From a virus, in the IMG/VR virus record IMGVR_UViG_3300027963_000039: 64,000 nucleotides of DNA; one strand, given 5' to 3'. Shown piece after piece: positions 17,557 to 26,947 of the stretch. Made by a program: the position numbers and the translations under genes. The notes beneath the pieces were generated by a model. The model was not told where the DNA came from. It was given only the letters and a program-made list of their open reading frames with translations, and ran no database searches. Numbering within the stretch: the stretch's first letter is position 1; the number at the start of each line of letters is the position of its first letter.

Positions 17557-17584
17557 ACCACTCCAGTAAAATGGAGTGGTTTCT
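17557..17584 (+). terminator. probable intrinsic terminator after gp32 (weak U tract)
   Basis: ACCACTCCA-GTAAAA-TGGAGTGGT then TTCT; a second hairpin lies at 17532-17552. Confidence 0.55.
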
Positions 17585-17607
17585 ATGTTTGAAAACGGAG
17601 TTAAAAT

Positions 17608-18648
17608 ATGGAAATATTGAAACTTGTGGATGGCCTTGGCTATCTCTGGATGGTTTTCTTCATAATGATTTCTGCTGGACTAGCAAAAGAATATAACCTT
17701 TTCGCCCCAGCGTACTCTTATGTTAAGAACACTTTTCGTTCAAACAAATTTGTTGTAGTTCTTTTATCTGCTATTGGTGGTGTACTGCCAATTGAAGGTA
17801 GAGTAACAGTATCAGCTGGTTTGTTAGACACCGTTGCACCTAAGTCTGGCCATGGCCGTGAAAAGATGGGTATTGTTGATTATCTTTCAACGCATCACTA
17901 TTATATGTGGTCGCCGTTAGAAAAGACAGTAGTTATTCCTATTGCCGCCTTTGGTCTAACCTATGCAACTTTTATGGGCATGATTGCACCATTATTGTTA
18001 GTTAGTTTTATTTTTATTTCGTGGTACATTTGGCACGAAGTTAAAGATGAAGATATCGTTATCACACCAGATAACTTCAAACTAAGTACAGTAATTCGTA
18101 ATGTGTTTCCAATGTTTATTGCAATTGGTGCTTATATTTACGGTGGTGGAAAAGACAATGTTTTTGTAATCTTTGGGTTGTTGGCATTTTACTATGTCTT
18201 TATTACTCAACAATGGGGTTACAAGAAATTAATGTCTTATGTGAATTGGGAAGTCTTAGTTACTGTTGGTGTAGTTATTATACTAGGTAACTTAGCTAAG
18301 TCATACAATAACGAATACATATCATACATCAAAGGTGCAGGTTTCGACCCACACACATTTGTCGGTATGTTATTGATTAGTTTTGTCGGATTTGTGGTTA
18401 GTTTCTTGATGGGCAGCAGTGGTAAGTTTATTGCATTTGCCGTTTTGATGGCGCAAATATTTGGCCAAGAATATTTTATGTGGTTCTTTGCAGTAGATTA
18501 CGCTGGTTACTTGTTGAGTCCTACCCACAAATGTGTTATGGTCGGTAACCGATACTTTGGTACACCGCTCGTAACGTATTATAAAGCGCTTGGTAGTTGG
18601 TCGGCATTATTGATTCTGACTGCTGGGGTGTTTACTTTTTTAATTTAA
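17608..18648 (+). CDS. polytopic membrane protein, DUF401-like / ion transporter superfamily
   Basis: about 10 hydrophobic helices; GGVLPIEGRVTVSA and GYLLSPTHKC...YFG resemble DUF401 motifs. Confidence 0.6.
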   Translation: MEILKLVDGLGYLWMVFFIMISAGLAKEYNLFAPAYSYVKNTFRSNKFVVVLLSAIGGVLPIEGRVTVSAGLLDTVAPKSGHGREKMGIVDYLSTHHYYMWSPLEKTVVIPIAAFGLTYATFMGMIAPLLLVSFIFISWYIWHEVKDEDIVITPDNFKLSTVIRNVFPMFIAIGAYIYGGGKDNVFVIFGLLAFYYVFITQQWGYKKLMSYVNWEVLVTVGVVIILGNLAKSYNNEYISYIKGAGFDPHTFVGMLLISFVGFVVSFLMGSSGKFIAFAVLMAQIFGQEYFMWFFAVDYAGYLLSPTHKCVMVGNRYFGTPLVTYYKALGSWSALLILTAGVFTFLI

Positions 18649-18657
18649 GGAAAAATA

Positions 18658-19212
18658 ATGAAAAAAATTATTACGATTTTTAGTTTAGTTGTTTCAAGTT
18701 CAGTTTTTGCGGTTGATAGTTTTACGATTTCATCAGCTAATGTTGACAATATTGGTAAAGCTGCACAAACGCAATATTCGCTTGTTGTAAGAAAAGACCT
18801 TACCGATAATCTTACGGCTGATGCGGGTATGTGGAATACGCAAACTGAAGGTACAAAGGCCTTGGGTACAAGGTTGGAGACAGGTTTAACCGTATCAGAA
18901 AAATACGGAAGTTTTACTCCTTATCTCCGCACATCTGTGGGTCAAAGATATACACCCAAATCAGATTATAGTTATTATGCAATTGAACCGGGTATACAAG
19001 CAAAGCTAGGAGAGTCTGGATTCACAGCTTCAGTTGGTTATCGCTATCGTAATGCGTTTGATAGTGATGTTAACGCCGACCAAACAAACACGATGCGTTA
19101 TGGTTTAAGCTATGCATTAACGAAAAAAGATAGTGTTGGTGTTCGTTATGATCGTGTAAGTGGTGATAGTGATCAGAAAACAGTTAATCTAAATTATACT
19201 CGAGCATTTTAA
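18658..19212 (+). CDS. outer-membrane beta-barrel protein (small porin-like)
   Basis: Sec signal, alternating amphipathic strands, C-terminal YTRAF beta-signal. Confidence 0.75.
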   Translation: MKKIITIFSLVVSSSVFAVDSFTISSANVDNIGKAAQTQYSLVVRKDLTDNLTADAGMWNTQTEGTKALGTRLETGLTVSEKYGSFTPYLRTSVGQRYTPKSDYSYYAIEPGIQAKLGESGFTASVGYRYRNAFDSDVNADQTNTMRYGLSYALTKKDSVGVRYDRVSGDSDQKTVNLNYTRAF

Positions 19213-19235
19213 TTGAGTAAATTAGTATAGATGAG

Positions 19236-19259
19236 AACCCCGCTTCGGCGGGGTTTTTT
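19236..19259. terminator. intrinsic terminator between convergent operons
   Basis: AACCCCGC-TTCG-GCGGGGTT with T-tract on +; C(UUCG)G tetraloop. Confidence 0.9.
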
Positions 19260-19264
19260 ATTGG

Positions 19265-20740
19265 TTAAACGATTCTCGTACTTGCAAGTAACATCTTTTG
19301 AAAAGATGGTTCCATATTTCTTACAGCAGGTAAATATTTTTTCGGTGGTACTGGACCACCATCACTATTGACTGTTGTATTTTTAACACTAGTAACAGGA
19401 TCGGATCTAGATTGGGGTAAATTTAAATCTACATTTTGTGAATTGACCGCATTTAGTTTTGATCCTAGATTAGGAGTTTCCATTGGTTCTGCTTTTGCAG
19501 CAGGACTGCCATTGAGTTGATTTGAAGATTCTGTGCCACCTGAAGCCATCGGTGCAGCAGGTGTTGCTGGTGCAGGTGTTGCTGGTGCAGGTGTTGCTGG
19601 TGATTCGGTTGTTCCTTGTGGTATAGGTGTAGCTGTTTTTCTAGTACCATCTTCATTATAATTTTCGCCGTATCTCTGGTCCCAAGCAGATGCTCGCACA
19701 CCATGGGCAAGTTTGCTTCCACCTGTTCCTGGCTTTCCTGCAATAAAATCGGCCTTTGATGGAACATTTTCTTTTAGTCCTAAATCGGCATCACTTCTTT
19801 GTGGTGGAATTTCATATACCTTTTCATCATCAGCAATCTTTTGAACCTTTTCTCTACCACCCATTTCCAACAAAAGCTTTTCCTTGGCATCACCTTCTTC
19901 CATGGCTAAAGCTTCTTTAGCTAGTTGGCGACCATTCTTAATAATATCTTCTAGTTTTTCACGGCCGCCCAATTTTTCAATATCTCGGGCACTTCCATTT
20001 TGTAAAATTGCCTGTGCTTCATCAGGACTTAAAGCTTTCATATTAGCCGTGTTTTCAGCTAACTTTTTTAGTCCAAAAGACATTAAAGCAATAAGAGCAA
20101 CCATAGAAGTTGCACCTAATAACGCAAGACCTACCGGACTTGCAAACCAACGTAACACACTCATCAAAGTTTTTGCTACATTAACACCACCAAGTAAATC
20201 CGCCAAAGAAAAACCATCTTCACTTTTTAATTTTACTGCTGTTGCTTTACCTGAATATGGTTTACCGGTAATCGCTTCAATTAATTCTTTGTGTCTTTTT
20301 AATTTCTCAATATCATTTTCTTCTTTATAATTATTTTGTTTTTCTCTACGCTTCCTTTCATCATCAAGTGATTTTTTCATTAACACATAGATTTTTTCTA
20401 GTGTCTTAGAGAAACCGCCAGTTGATTGTAATTGAGGAATTCTAGTTGATCTTTCTCCCATTGCCGAAGCTCGACCACCTCTTTTAACACCTGAAAAGAA
20501 ATCAATTGATTCACGGCTTCTTCCTGTAGCTTTACCCAGCATAGCAGGAGCCCAATTACTACCAAATGTAAGAAACTTGGCAATATTCATTGGATCAAAT
20601 GTTTGCTTGATGCGTGTTGCTCTGGCTTTTGATTTTAAAGAAATAGTCTTTCTAAGTGACGAAAAGGCACCACCCTCTTGTTCAGCAAGAAGTGTGCCAA
20701 AAGATTTGTTTCTTATGTTTTGTGCTTGTCTGTAGTCCAT
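19265..20740 (-). CDS. tape-measure/baseplate-hub-like protein, paralog 2
   Basis: N-terminus paralogous to 20740-22620; helical and hydrophobic middle; PATPA repeats; lies downstream of gp26/gp51. Confidence 0.55.
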   Translation of the reverse strand: MDYRQAQNIRNKSFGTLLAEQEGGAFSSLRKTISLKSKARATRIKQTFDPMNIAKFLTFGSNWAPAMLGKATGRSRESIDFFSGVKRGGRASAMGERSTRIPQLQSTGGFSKTLEKIYVLMKKSLDDERKRREKQNNYKEENDIEKLKRHKELIEAITGKPYSGKATAVKLKSEDGFSLADLLGGVNVAKTLMSVLRWFASPVGLALLGATSMVALIALMSFGLKKLAENTANMKALSPDEAQAILQNGSARDIEKLGGREKLEDIIKNGRQLAKEALAMEEGDAKEKLLLEMGGREKVQKIADDEKVYEIPPQRSDADLGLKENVPSKADFIAGKPGTGGSKLAHGVRASAWDQRYGENYNEDGTRKTATPIPQGTTESPATPAPATPAPATPAAPMASGGTESSNQLNGSPAAKAEPMETPNLGSKLNAVNSQNVDLNLPQSRSDPVTSVKNTTVNSDGGPVPPKKYLPAVRNMEPSFQKMLLASTRIV

Positions 20741-22620
20741 TATTTCTTATCAGCCTTTTTAACTGGAGCAGGTCTATCATCTGGCCTTGTTGATCCTGAT
20801 GGTGGCATTTGATTAGACTGATTAACCGTTGTGTTGTTTACATTTGTTGGTGTTGGAGTATCTTTATTTAACTCATTTCGCATTTGAGTATTTTGTTGAG
20901 AGGATTTATCAATTTGTGAACCTGTACTAGAATCAGCTGGAACCATTTGAGCACTCAAATCTTCTTTTTGATATTTTTCCGCCAATACCGCACGATCCTT
21001 TGCCTTTTTACCTGTAGGATCAGAAAAACCAACGGCTGTATTTACTAATGAAATATCTTCAAGTCTTCCTGGATCACCTTTAGTTAGTTTTGATTTATAA
21101 TTTAAAAAGAACCAAGGTATAGATTTTGCAGCGATTTCAGGAGAATTAAGTAAATCTGGATTCGAAACTAAATCTATTTTAAGATAATCACCTAAAGCTT
21201 TGTAAGCATTTTTTCCTGTGATTTGTAAAAAACCTCGACCTCTATATTTCCATCCGTCACCTGGTTCAGAATTTCCGTCAGTCTTTGCATATACATGATT
21301 GGCTAATTTTTCACTTCTGTCGTCTCCTTCTTTTGAAACAAATTGTTGAGCAAATTCTAGTGTAGGTATTCTATTTTTATTGAAAGTATTTTGTATTCCC
21401 TCTGGAGTTCTATAAAACAAACTTTCATTTTTAGGAACAAAATTTGATTCCGATTCTACTTGAGCTAACACATTTGCTTGTGCTTTAGCAGATAACCCTG
21501 CGGCCACCAAAGCTGCAATAACCGCACCTTTGCCTCCAGAAACGGGAGGAATTTTTAGTGCTTTTTGTGCTGGTGGTTTTGTTGTGACTGATTTTGGTGC
21601 AGCGGGTGCAGGTTGTGCTGGGGCTTGTTGAGCGGGTGGTTGTGTTTGTTGTTTAGGTGCAGGTTGCGCTGTAGGTTGTTGCTGTTGAGCACTTTCAGCT
21701 TCTTTTTTCTGTCTAGTTGCTGTTTCTTTAGCTTCTCTATCAGCCTTATCTCTAGCATCTTTAGCTTCTCTATCAGCTTTGTCTTTGGCTTGTTTACTCT
21801 CTCTGTCAGCTTTATCTTTTGCGTCTTTAGCTTCTTTGTCAGCTTTGTCTTTGGCTTCTTTTTGTGATTTATCTTTGGCTTCTCTATCAGCCTTATCTTT
21901 GGCTTCTCTATCAGCCTTATCTTTAGCAGCTTTATCTTTAGCTTCTCTATCAGCCTTATCTTTAGCAGCTTTATCTGTTTGTTGCTTTTGTGCTGGTTTT
22001 TCAGCAGGTTTTTCAGCAGGTTTTTGTGTTGCTGGTTTTTCAGCAGGTTTTTGTGCTGCTGGTTTTTCAGCAGGTTTTGACGGCTCGCCAGGTTTTTTAG
22101 GTTCTTCTATTTTCTTAGGACGACCAACTTTTTTTGGCACACGTTTAAGAGTGAGTGCCTTTAATATTTGTTCGTGTCTTTTTTGTTCAACTTTATTTTC
22201 ACGTTTATTTTCTTTATCGTCCTCTTTGTTCCATTTGGCTATCTGTTTTTCACGTTCTTTAATAATTCTCTCAATGCCTTTAACAGACTCAATTATGGGA
22301 TTAACAGGTTTATTTTCAGAATCACCGTCTTGAACAGCAGCAGAACGACCAACACCGGAAGGTCTTGCACCAGTAAAATGTGCAATATCAGATTGTTTTC
22401 TTCCGGTCATTTTACCCATCATAGCAGGAGCCCAATTACTACCAAAAGTCATCTTTTTGGCAATATTCATTGGATCGAACGTTTCTTTTATACCCGTTAC
22501 GTTTGCTCGGGTTTTGGATGAAATTGCAGAACCTATAGACGAAAGTAAGCCACCCTCTTGTTCAGCCAAAAGAGAGCTAAATGATTTTTTTCTTATCTTA
22601 GCTGCTGAACGATAATCCAT
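20740..22620 (-). CDS. tape-measure-like protein with GH19-type (chitinase/lysozyme) domain, paralog 1
   Basis: AQVESES, GDGWKYRGRGFLQITGKNAY, NPDLL motifs; charged repeat stalk. Confidence 0.7.
   Translation of the reverse strand: MDYRSAAKIRKKSFSSLLAEQEGGLLSSIGSAISSKTRANVTGIKETFDPMNIAKKMTFGSNWAPAMMGKMTGRKQSDIAHFTGARPSGVGRSAAVQDGDSENKPVNPIIESVKGIERIIKEREKQIAKWNKEDDKENKRENKVEQKRHEQILKALTLKRVPKKVGRPKKIEEPKKPGEPSKPAEKPAAQKPAEKPATQKPAEKPAEKPAQKQQTDKAAKDKADREAKDKAAKDKADREAKDKADREAKDKSQKEAKDKADKEAKDAKDKADRESKQAKDKADREAKDARDKADREAKETATRQKKEAESAQQQQPTAQPAPKQQTQPPAQQAPAQPAPAAPKSVTTKPPAQKALKIPPVSGGKGAVIAALVAAGLSAKAQANVLAQVESESNFVPKNESLFYRTPEGIQNTFNKNRIPTLEFAQQFVSKEGDDRSEKLANHVYAKTDGNSEPGDGWKYRGRGFLQITGKNAYKALGDYLKIDLVSNPDLLNSPEIAAKSIPWFFLNYKSKLTKGDPGRLEDISLVNTAVGFSDPTGKKAKDRAVLAEKYQKEDLSAQMVPADSSTGSQIDKSSQQNTQMRNELNKDTPTPTNVNNTTVNQSNQMPPSGSTRPDDRPAPVKKADKK
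21725..22080 (-). repeat. coding tandem repeats (DKADREAK)n and (KPAE/KPAQ)n
   Basis: repeated TCTCTATCAGCCTTATC and GGTTTTTCAGCA units on the + strand. Confidence 0.85.
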
Positions 22621-22623
22621 TTA

Positions 22624-22812
22624 CTATTTTCTTTGTCTCTCTTTTAGTTTCTGGTTTTCTTCTTCAATATATTGTATCAGCATGGTGACGTAAATATCCC
22701 GTTCCCAAGGCAGCATCGCTTCGAGTTCGGTAAGACTATACTTATGGTGTTGCATCAATGAAAAGTTAGTCTTGTAATAATTCTTCAGATTGTCATGACG
22801 AAAGGTTAGCCG
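22624..22812 (-). CDS. gp51: gp51-like baseplate hub assembly segment, probably reached by -1 frameshift from gp26; not in ORF track
   Basis: RLTFRHDNLKNYYKTNFSLMQHHKYSLTELEAMLPWERDIYVTML...; first ATG only at 22755. Confidence 0.8.
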   Translation of the reverse strand, partial: RLTFRHDNLKNYYKTNFSLMQHHKYSLTELEAMLPWERDIYVTMLIQYIEEENQKLKERQRK

Positions 22813-23537
22813 AAAAAATCTTCGAGGCCTTCTACAGAAAGATGGTGCTCAAAACCGCATTTGCTGCAGGTAACATCAATATTGTGTTTCATTCTAGGCA
22901 GATTGTTAAAGAAATTTTCAACCTTTTCAAATTGTTCCTGGTTCATACTCTCAACAAATTCCATCATCTCACCAGGTTCAGCTTCTCTTGCATAATAAAA
23001 TTCTTCAGTCGGCACCTCATAAATGTACTCGATACTGTTTGCAATCATGTTGAATGTAACTTCATTAATGTCATCCAACTCCATGGAATCTTTAATGAGA
23101 CCAAATTCTGGATATTTCATTTTTACGATGATTTTATCCGATATCTTAATTTCTGGATTATTATTTTCTGGTTGTTGAACCTTCACTTGCATCAAATCAA
23201 CATCTTTTTCCATAATGTTACCACACTCTTTATCTTCAACAGCATTGTTGCAACGGTATCTGGTTTGGATAATTTCTCCAACAGATTTTGCACGTAGTTG
23301 AATAAAGTAATATTCAACATCAACAATAGGCAATTTATCGATTTCGATATTTTCTGTTACTGTACAGTTGTGAAGAATATCGTGTACGTTTTGTTGAATA
23401 GTTGCACTTTCTCCTGATTCTACTGCCATCAGAAGATTCTTTTGTTCTTTCACTAAGAACGGTCTGAATTTAATTTTTTTCTTTGAAACCGGCAATTCCA
23501 TTTCATATGTCGGCACATCAAGTTTAGGCAAAGCCAT
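22806..23537 (-). CDS. gp26: baseplate hub assembly chaperone
   Basis: MALPK..P.YE..LP, FRPFLVKEQK.LL, LRAKSVGE, C-terminal CxxC...GLEDFF. Confidence 0.85.
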   Translation of the reverse strand: MALPKLDVPTYEMELPVSKKKIKFRPFLVKEQKNLLMAVESGESATIQQNVHDILHNCTVTENIEIDKLPIVDVEYYFIQLRAKSVGEIIQTRYRCNNAVEDKECGNIMEKDVDLMQVKVQQPENNNPEIKISDKIIVKMKYPEFGLIKDSMELDDINEVTFNMIANSIEYIYEVPTEEFYYAREAEPGEMMEFVESMNQEQFEKVENFFNNLPRMKHNIDVTCSKCGFEHHLSVEGLEDFFG

Positions 23538-23566
23538 AATATCTCCTTAATATATTAATAAAATAA

Positions 23567-24256
23567 TTATCTACCACCAAAAGTAGATTTGATAGATTCT
23601 AAAGAACCGCTGGCTACCGATTCTGGTATAGAATTGATACCAGTGCCAATACCACCAAACGCATTTAGTCCTCCAAGAGCATCGGCAACCAGACCAATAC
23701 CCGCATCGACAACTTCCATGCCAAGAGCTTGTAGAGAGTTGTTTTTCCAATAAGTGTAAGCAAAAGTAACACTTAATTTATGATACCCGTCATTCGACCA
23801 ATCTAAATCTAATTGATTCATTGAAACAGGAAAAGCATCAAACATATTAACAGAATACGATGGTTGATTAGTTACATCATATTGCGTTACTGTAAGAATG
23901 GTTGCATAATCACTTTTATATCTGTGATTGTAATTATACGTTGGATTCATGTAGTTCATCCACGCATCGAAAAACACCTTTTGGTTCATGTCGTCATCAA
24001 CAATAAAAGTTAGGTCAATATCGTTGTAAGTAGTTTCATAAGGAAATTTTTCAATCGGATTTGAACCGATTCTTTGTTCTAGTGTTGCAAAAGTTCTACC
24101 TGGAAGTTGTGCCGCTTCGCAACGGAACGAAAGATTTCTAGAACTTTGAATATATGGCAATAACGTTAAAGGAATAGGTATATCTACCTGAAACTTATTA
24201 GGTCTGGCAATGTCTTTCTTAAAACTAGATTGGAATTCTGATATTGAACCCGGCAT
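23567..24256 (-). CDS. tail tube-like / tube initiator protein (gp19/gp54 family)
   Basis: ARPNKF, CEAAQLPGR, FFDAWM, AFPVSM..LDLDW, VTFAYTYW. Confidence 0.75.
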   Translation of the reverse strand: MPGSISEFQSSFKKDIARPNKFQVDIPIPLTLLPYIQSSRNLSFRCEAAQLPGRTFATLEQRIGSNPIEKFPYETTYNDIDLTFIVDDDMNQKVFFDAWMNYMNPTYNYNHRYKSDYATILTVTQYDVTNQPSYSVNMFDAFPVSMNQLDLDWSNDGYHKLSVTFAYTYWKNNSLQALGMEVVDAGIGLVADALGGLNAFGGIGTGINSIPESVASGSLESIKSTFGGR

Positions 24257-24859
24257 TTAGTGTTTCCTTATTTCGTTTATCGATTCTTGCCAAACTTTTT
24301 GTGGTTTGGCTTTCTTAAATTGTTGCATAGGTAAGAATACTGCCACTTCCCATTCATTTGGTTGGATGGCAAGTATTTTGGACTTAACATGACCATACAA
24401 ATAACGTTTAAAGCATGGCCTGAACTCTTTAAACCGCTTGGAAGACGATAGGATTTCATACGTGACTCTCAGTCGCTTAATCTCGTCCTCATCGTTATAC
24501 ATTGCATAGGACATTAATTTGTTTAAAAATGCCACTCTGTATCTGATAGGTAGGTAATGTAGATTTAGTCCTGTAAATCCTTCTTTATCTCTATCTAGTA
24601 TTAATACCAAAGGAAATCTGTCATAATATGGTAAATCTTCTTTGGTTTTTGGATCATAATAAAAACAATACAATCTGCCTAAAATAAATCTACTTACTTT
24701 TCTGAAACCTTCTCTATTAACTTCAGCTGCAATTCGAGATGGGTTTCGAATGTCTGCAATTTTTTGAAGAAGCCATTTATATGACTCTTTCGATAAAAAA
24801 TCGAGTTGAGCCGCACTTCTTTCAGCGGAGATAAGCGTTAGTTTTGATTGGTTGGCCAT
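24257..24859 (-). CDS. gp2: DNA end protector protein
   Basis: YDPKTKEDLPYYDRFPL, GLNLHYLP, PCFKRYL. Confidence 0.9.
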   Translation of the reverse strand: MANQSKLTLISAERSAAQLDFLSKESYKWLLQKIADIRNPSRIAAEVNREGFRKVSRFILGRLYCFYYDPKTKEDLPYYDRFPLVLILDRDKEGFTGLNLHYLPIRYRVAFLNKLMSYAMYNDEDEIKRLRVTYEILSSSKRFKEFRPCFKRYLYGHVKSKILAIQPNEWEVAVFLPMQQFKKAKPQKVWQESINEIRKH

Positions 24860-24872
24860 AATTAATATTTAG

Positions 24873-25313
24873 TTACAATCCTAGGTGTTCTTCTGTTAAA
24901 ATTTTGAATTCCCAACCACGATCCAAACAATACTCACTAGCTGCTTTCCATTTTGCTTTATTTACTGCAAACGTGTAAACTTCATTTATGTACTGTTTTG
25001 TAACTCTTGATTTTTTGGCAGGTTCTTCTGTTTGATACTTTGGTTTAACTTCTATCAAATAACTTTTTACTATTCCTTGTTTGTTCTTTATTTGTGCAAA
25101 AAAATCAACAAAATATCTTCTGTAATTGCCTTTAAGTGGGTCTTTGTAAGGAATTATGATTTCCTCACTGGACCAAGATACAACATCTGGTGATGTGTCT
25201 AACCAGACGCAAACTTTTGTTTCCCAAGATGATCTCACCCAAATGTTGGTGTGATCACCTCGATACTTTTGCGGATTTCTAGGTTTCCATTTATGTGGTT
25301 CAGGTCTTGCCAT
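24873..25313 (-). CDS. gp4: head completion nuclease
   Basis: PRNPQKYRGD, RSSWE, WSSEE, RYFVDF, IEVKP, NKAKWKAA. Confidence 0.9.
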   Translation of the reverse strand: MARPEPHKWKPRNPQKYRGDHTNIWVRSSWETKVCVWLDTSPDVVSWSSEEIIIPYKDPLKGNYRRYFVDFFAQIKNKQGIVKSYLIEVKPKYQTEEPAKKSRVTKQYINEVYTFAVNKAKWKAASEYCLDRGWEFKILTEEHLGL

Positions 25314-25336
25314 ATTATATTTCTTTGGGAATGCTC

Positions 25337-25344
25337 TATAAATA
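25337..25344 (+). promoter_or_regulatory. T4-type late promoter
   Basis: TATAAATA 30 nt upstream of gp48. Confidence 0.75.
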
Positions 25345-25374
25345 CTATGTATATCTTTATTTTAAGAGGACTCA

Positions 25375-26340
25375 ATGGCAATCATATCAATTCCATCATC
25401 AATTGGTGGTGTAACAATACCAGGAAGTGTCACAAACGGACCTTTGGGTATGTTGTTTGGTAAACGTGGCAGCAATGACAGTTTGCAATATCCTAGGGAC
25501 TTGGGTTCTGCTACCAGAGGACACTCAGTAAGATTTGAGATTTTTGAGATAGAACCCATCGGATATCAAGAAGGAAAAGAAACAAGCTTTAGTTCTATTG
25601 GTTCAGGTATTGTTGAGTCTGGCAAAAAAGTTTACAATACTGCGATAGAGTTGGCCAAAAACGGCAATACTAATGGGATGAAACCTCAAGATAAAGTTAA
25701 CATTTCATTAAACCCAAATATGTCAAAAAAAGCTGTTGCGACAATTGATTTATATATGCCCGAAACGATGGCTTTTCAATATCAATCATCTTACAACGAT
25801 ATCAGTTTGAAGGAAGCTGTGCAAAGCGCAGCTCAGGGAGTCGCTGGCATGGATCGTAGCGGTATAGCAGGTTCCATTGTTCAGGGTGTTAATGGTGTGA
25901 TTGACTCCGATATTGCAAAACTTACACTAAAATCTCAAGGCCTTGCAATTAATCCTATGCAGCAAATGGTTTTCCAAGGTATTGATTTCAGAGAATATCA
26001 ATTGGCATTTACATTTACACCATATTCAAAACAAGAAGCTCAAACAGTCGAAAAAATTATTAAAAAGTTTAAAGCACATGCTGCGCCAAGAATTACAACA
26101 GGTGCTGCCGGAATGTTTTTTATTCCACCATCCACATTCAAAATCAAATTTCTTTTTAAAGGTAAAGAAAATCCAAACGTTAATAAAGTTGAAGATTCAG
26201 TTATCACAAGTATTGATGTTAATTATGCACCCAATGGTTGGTCAACACATTCTGATGGTGCACCTGTACAAACAACACTCACGATGAACCTGAAAGAAAC
26301 AGTTCTTATCGATAGAGCCAAGATTGAAGCAGGATATTAA
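25375..26340 (+). CDS. gp48: baseplate tail-tube cap
   Basis: LQYPRDL, LYMP, INP...FQGIDFR..F.F.P.S..EA, L.LKE motifs. Confidence 0.8.
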   Translation: MAIISIPSSIGGVTIPGSVTNGPLGMLFGKRGSNDSLQYPRDLGSATRGHSVRFEIFEIEPIGYQEGKETSFSSIGSGIVESGKKVYNTAIELAKNGNTNGMKPQDKVNISLNPNMSKKAVATIDLYMPETMAFQYQSSYNDISLKEAVQSAAQGVAGMDRSGIAGSIVQGVNGVIDSDIAKLTLKSQGLAINPMQQMVFQGIDFREYQLAFTFTPYSKQEAQTVEKIIKKFKAHAAPRITTGAAGMFFIPPSTFKIKFLFKGKENPNVNKVEDSVITSIDVNYAPNGWSTHSDGAPVQTTLTMNLKETVLIDRAKIEAGY

Positions 26341-26342
26341 AA

Positions 26343-26945
26343 ATGCAATATTTCAACACTCTACCAAAAATATTATACACCGATAAAACAGGTGTGTCTA
26401 AAATATTCACGAACCTTATGGCTCGTGTTAGTATGATTCCCGACACTTTGCAGAATCCTTTGGTATTTTATGATTATGACGTTCAAGAAGGTGATACTCC
26501 AGAAATAATTGCATACAAATACTATGGAGATTCATATAGATATTGGATGGTTTTATTTGCAAATCAAATATTGGATCCACAATGGCAATGGCCTATGAAT
26601 TCGCAAACGTTTGAATCTTATGTTCAAAATAAGTATCCCGACATTAATCCAAACGAAGAAATACATCATTATTTAAAAACAATTACGACAACAGACAATT
26701 CGACAGGTACAGTTACAACAGATAATATCATAATTGACGAAACGGCATATAATGCCCTCGCACGAACAACTACAACTTACACATTACCTAGCGGATATAC
26801 TACAACAGTTGTAACAGACAAATCATTTATTACTGTGATTGAATATGAGCAAGATGAAAACGAAAAGAATAGAAATATCAAATTAGTAAACGCAAGATAT
26901 GCTGATCAATTAGAAAAAGAATTTAAATCATTAATGGCGACTTAA
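26343..26945 (+). CDS. gp53: baseplate wedge subunit with LysM-like segment
   Basis: YFNTLP, GDTPEIIAYKYYGD, WP, YE..ENEK.R.IKL. Confidence 0.85.
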   Translation: MQYFNTLPKILYTDKTGVSKIFTNLMARVSMIPDTLQNPLVFYDYDVQEGDTPEIIAYKYYGDSYRYWMVLFANQILDPQWQWPMNSQTFESYVQNKYPDINPNEEIHHYLKTITTTDNSTGTVTTDNIIIDETAYNALARTTTTYTLPSGYTTTVVTDKSFITVIEYEQDENEKNRNIKLVNARYADQLEKEFKSLMAT

Positions 26946-26947
26946 TT

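Noticed and set aside
21555-22521. Opposite-strand and alternate-frame ORFs such as 21779-22333
   Set aside because: Shadows of low-complexity coding repeats on the minus strand, with no RBS or recognisable domain
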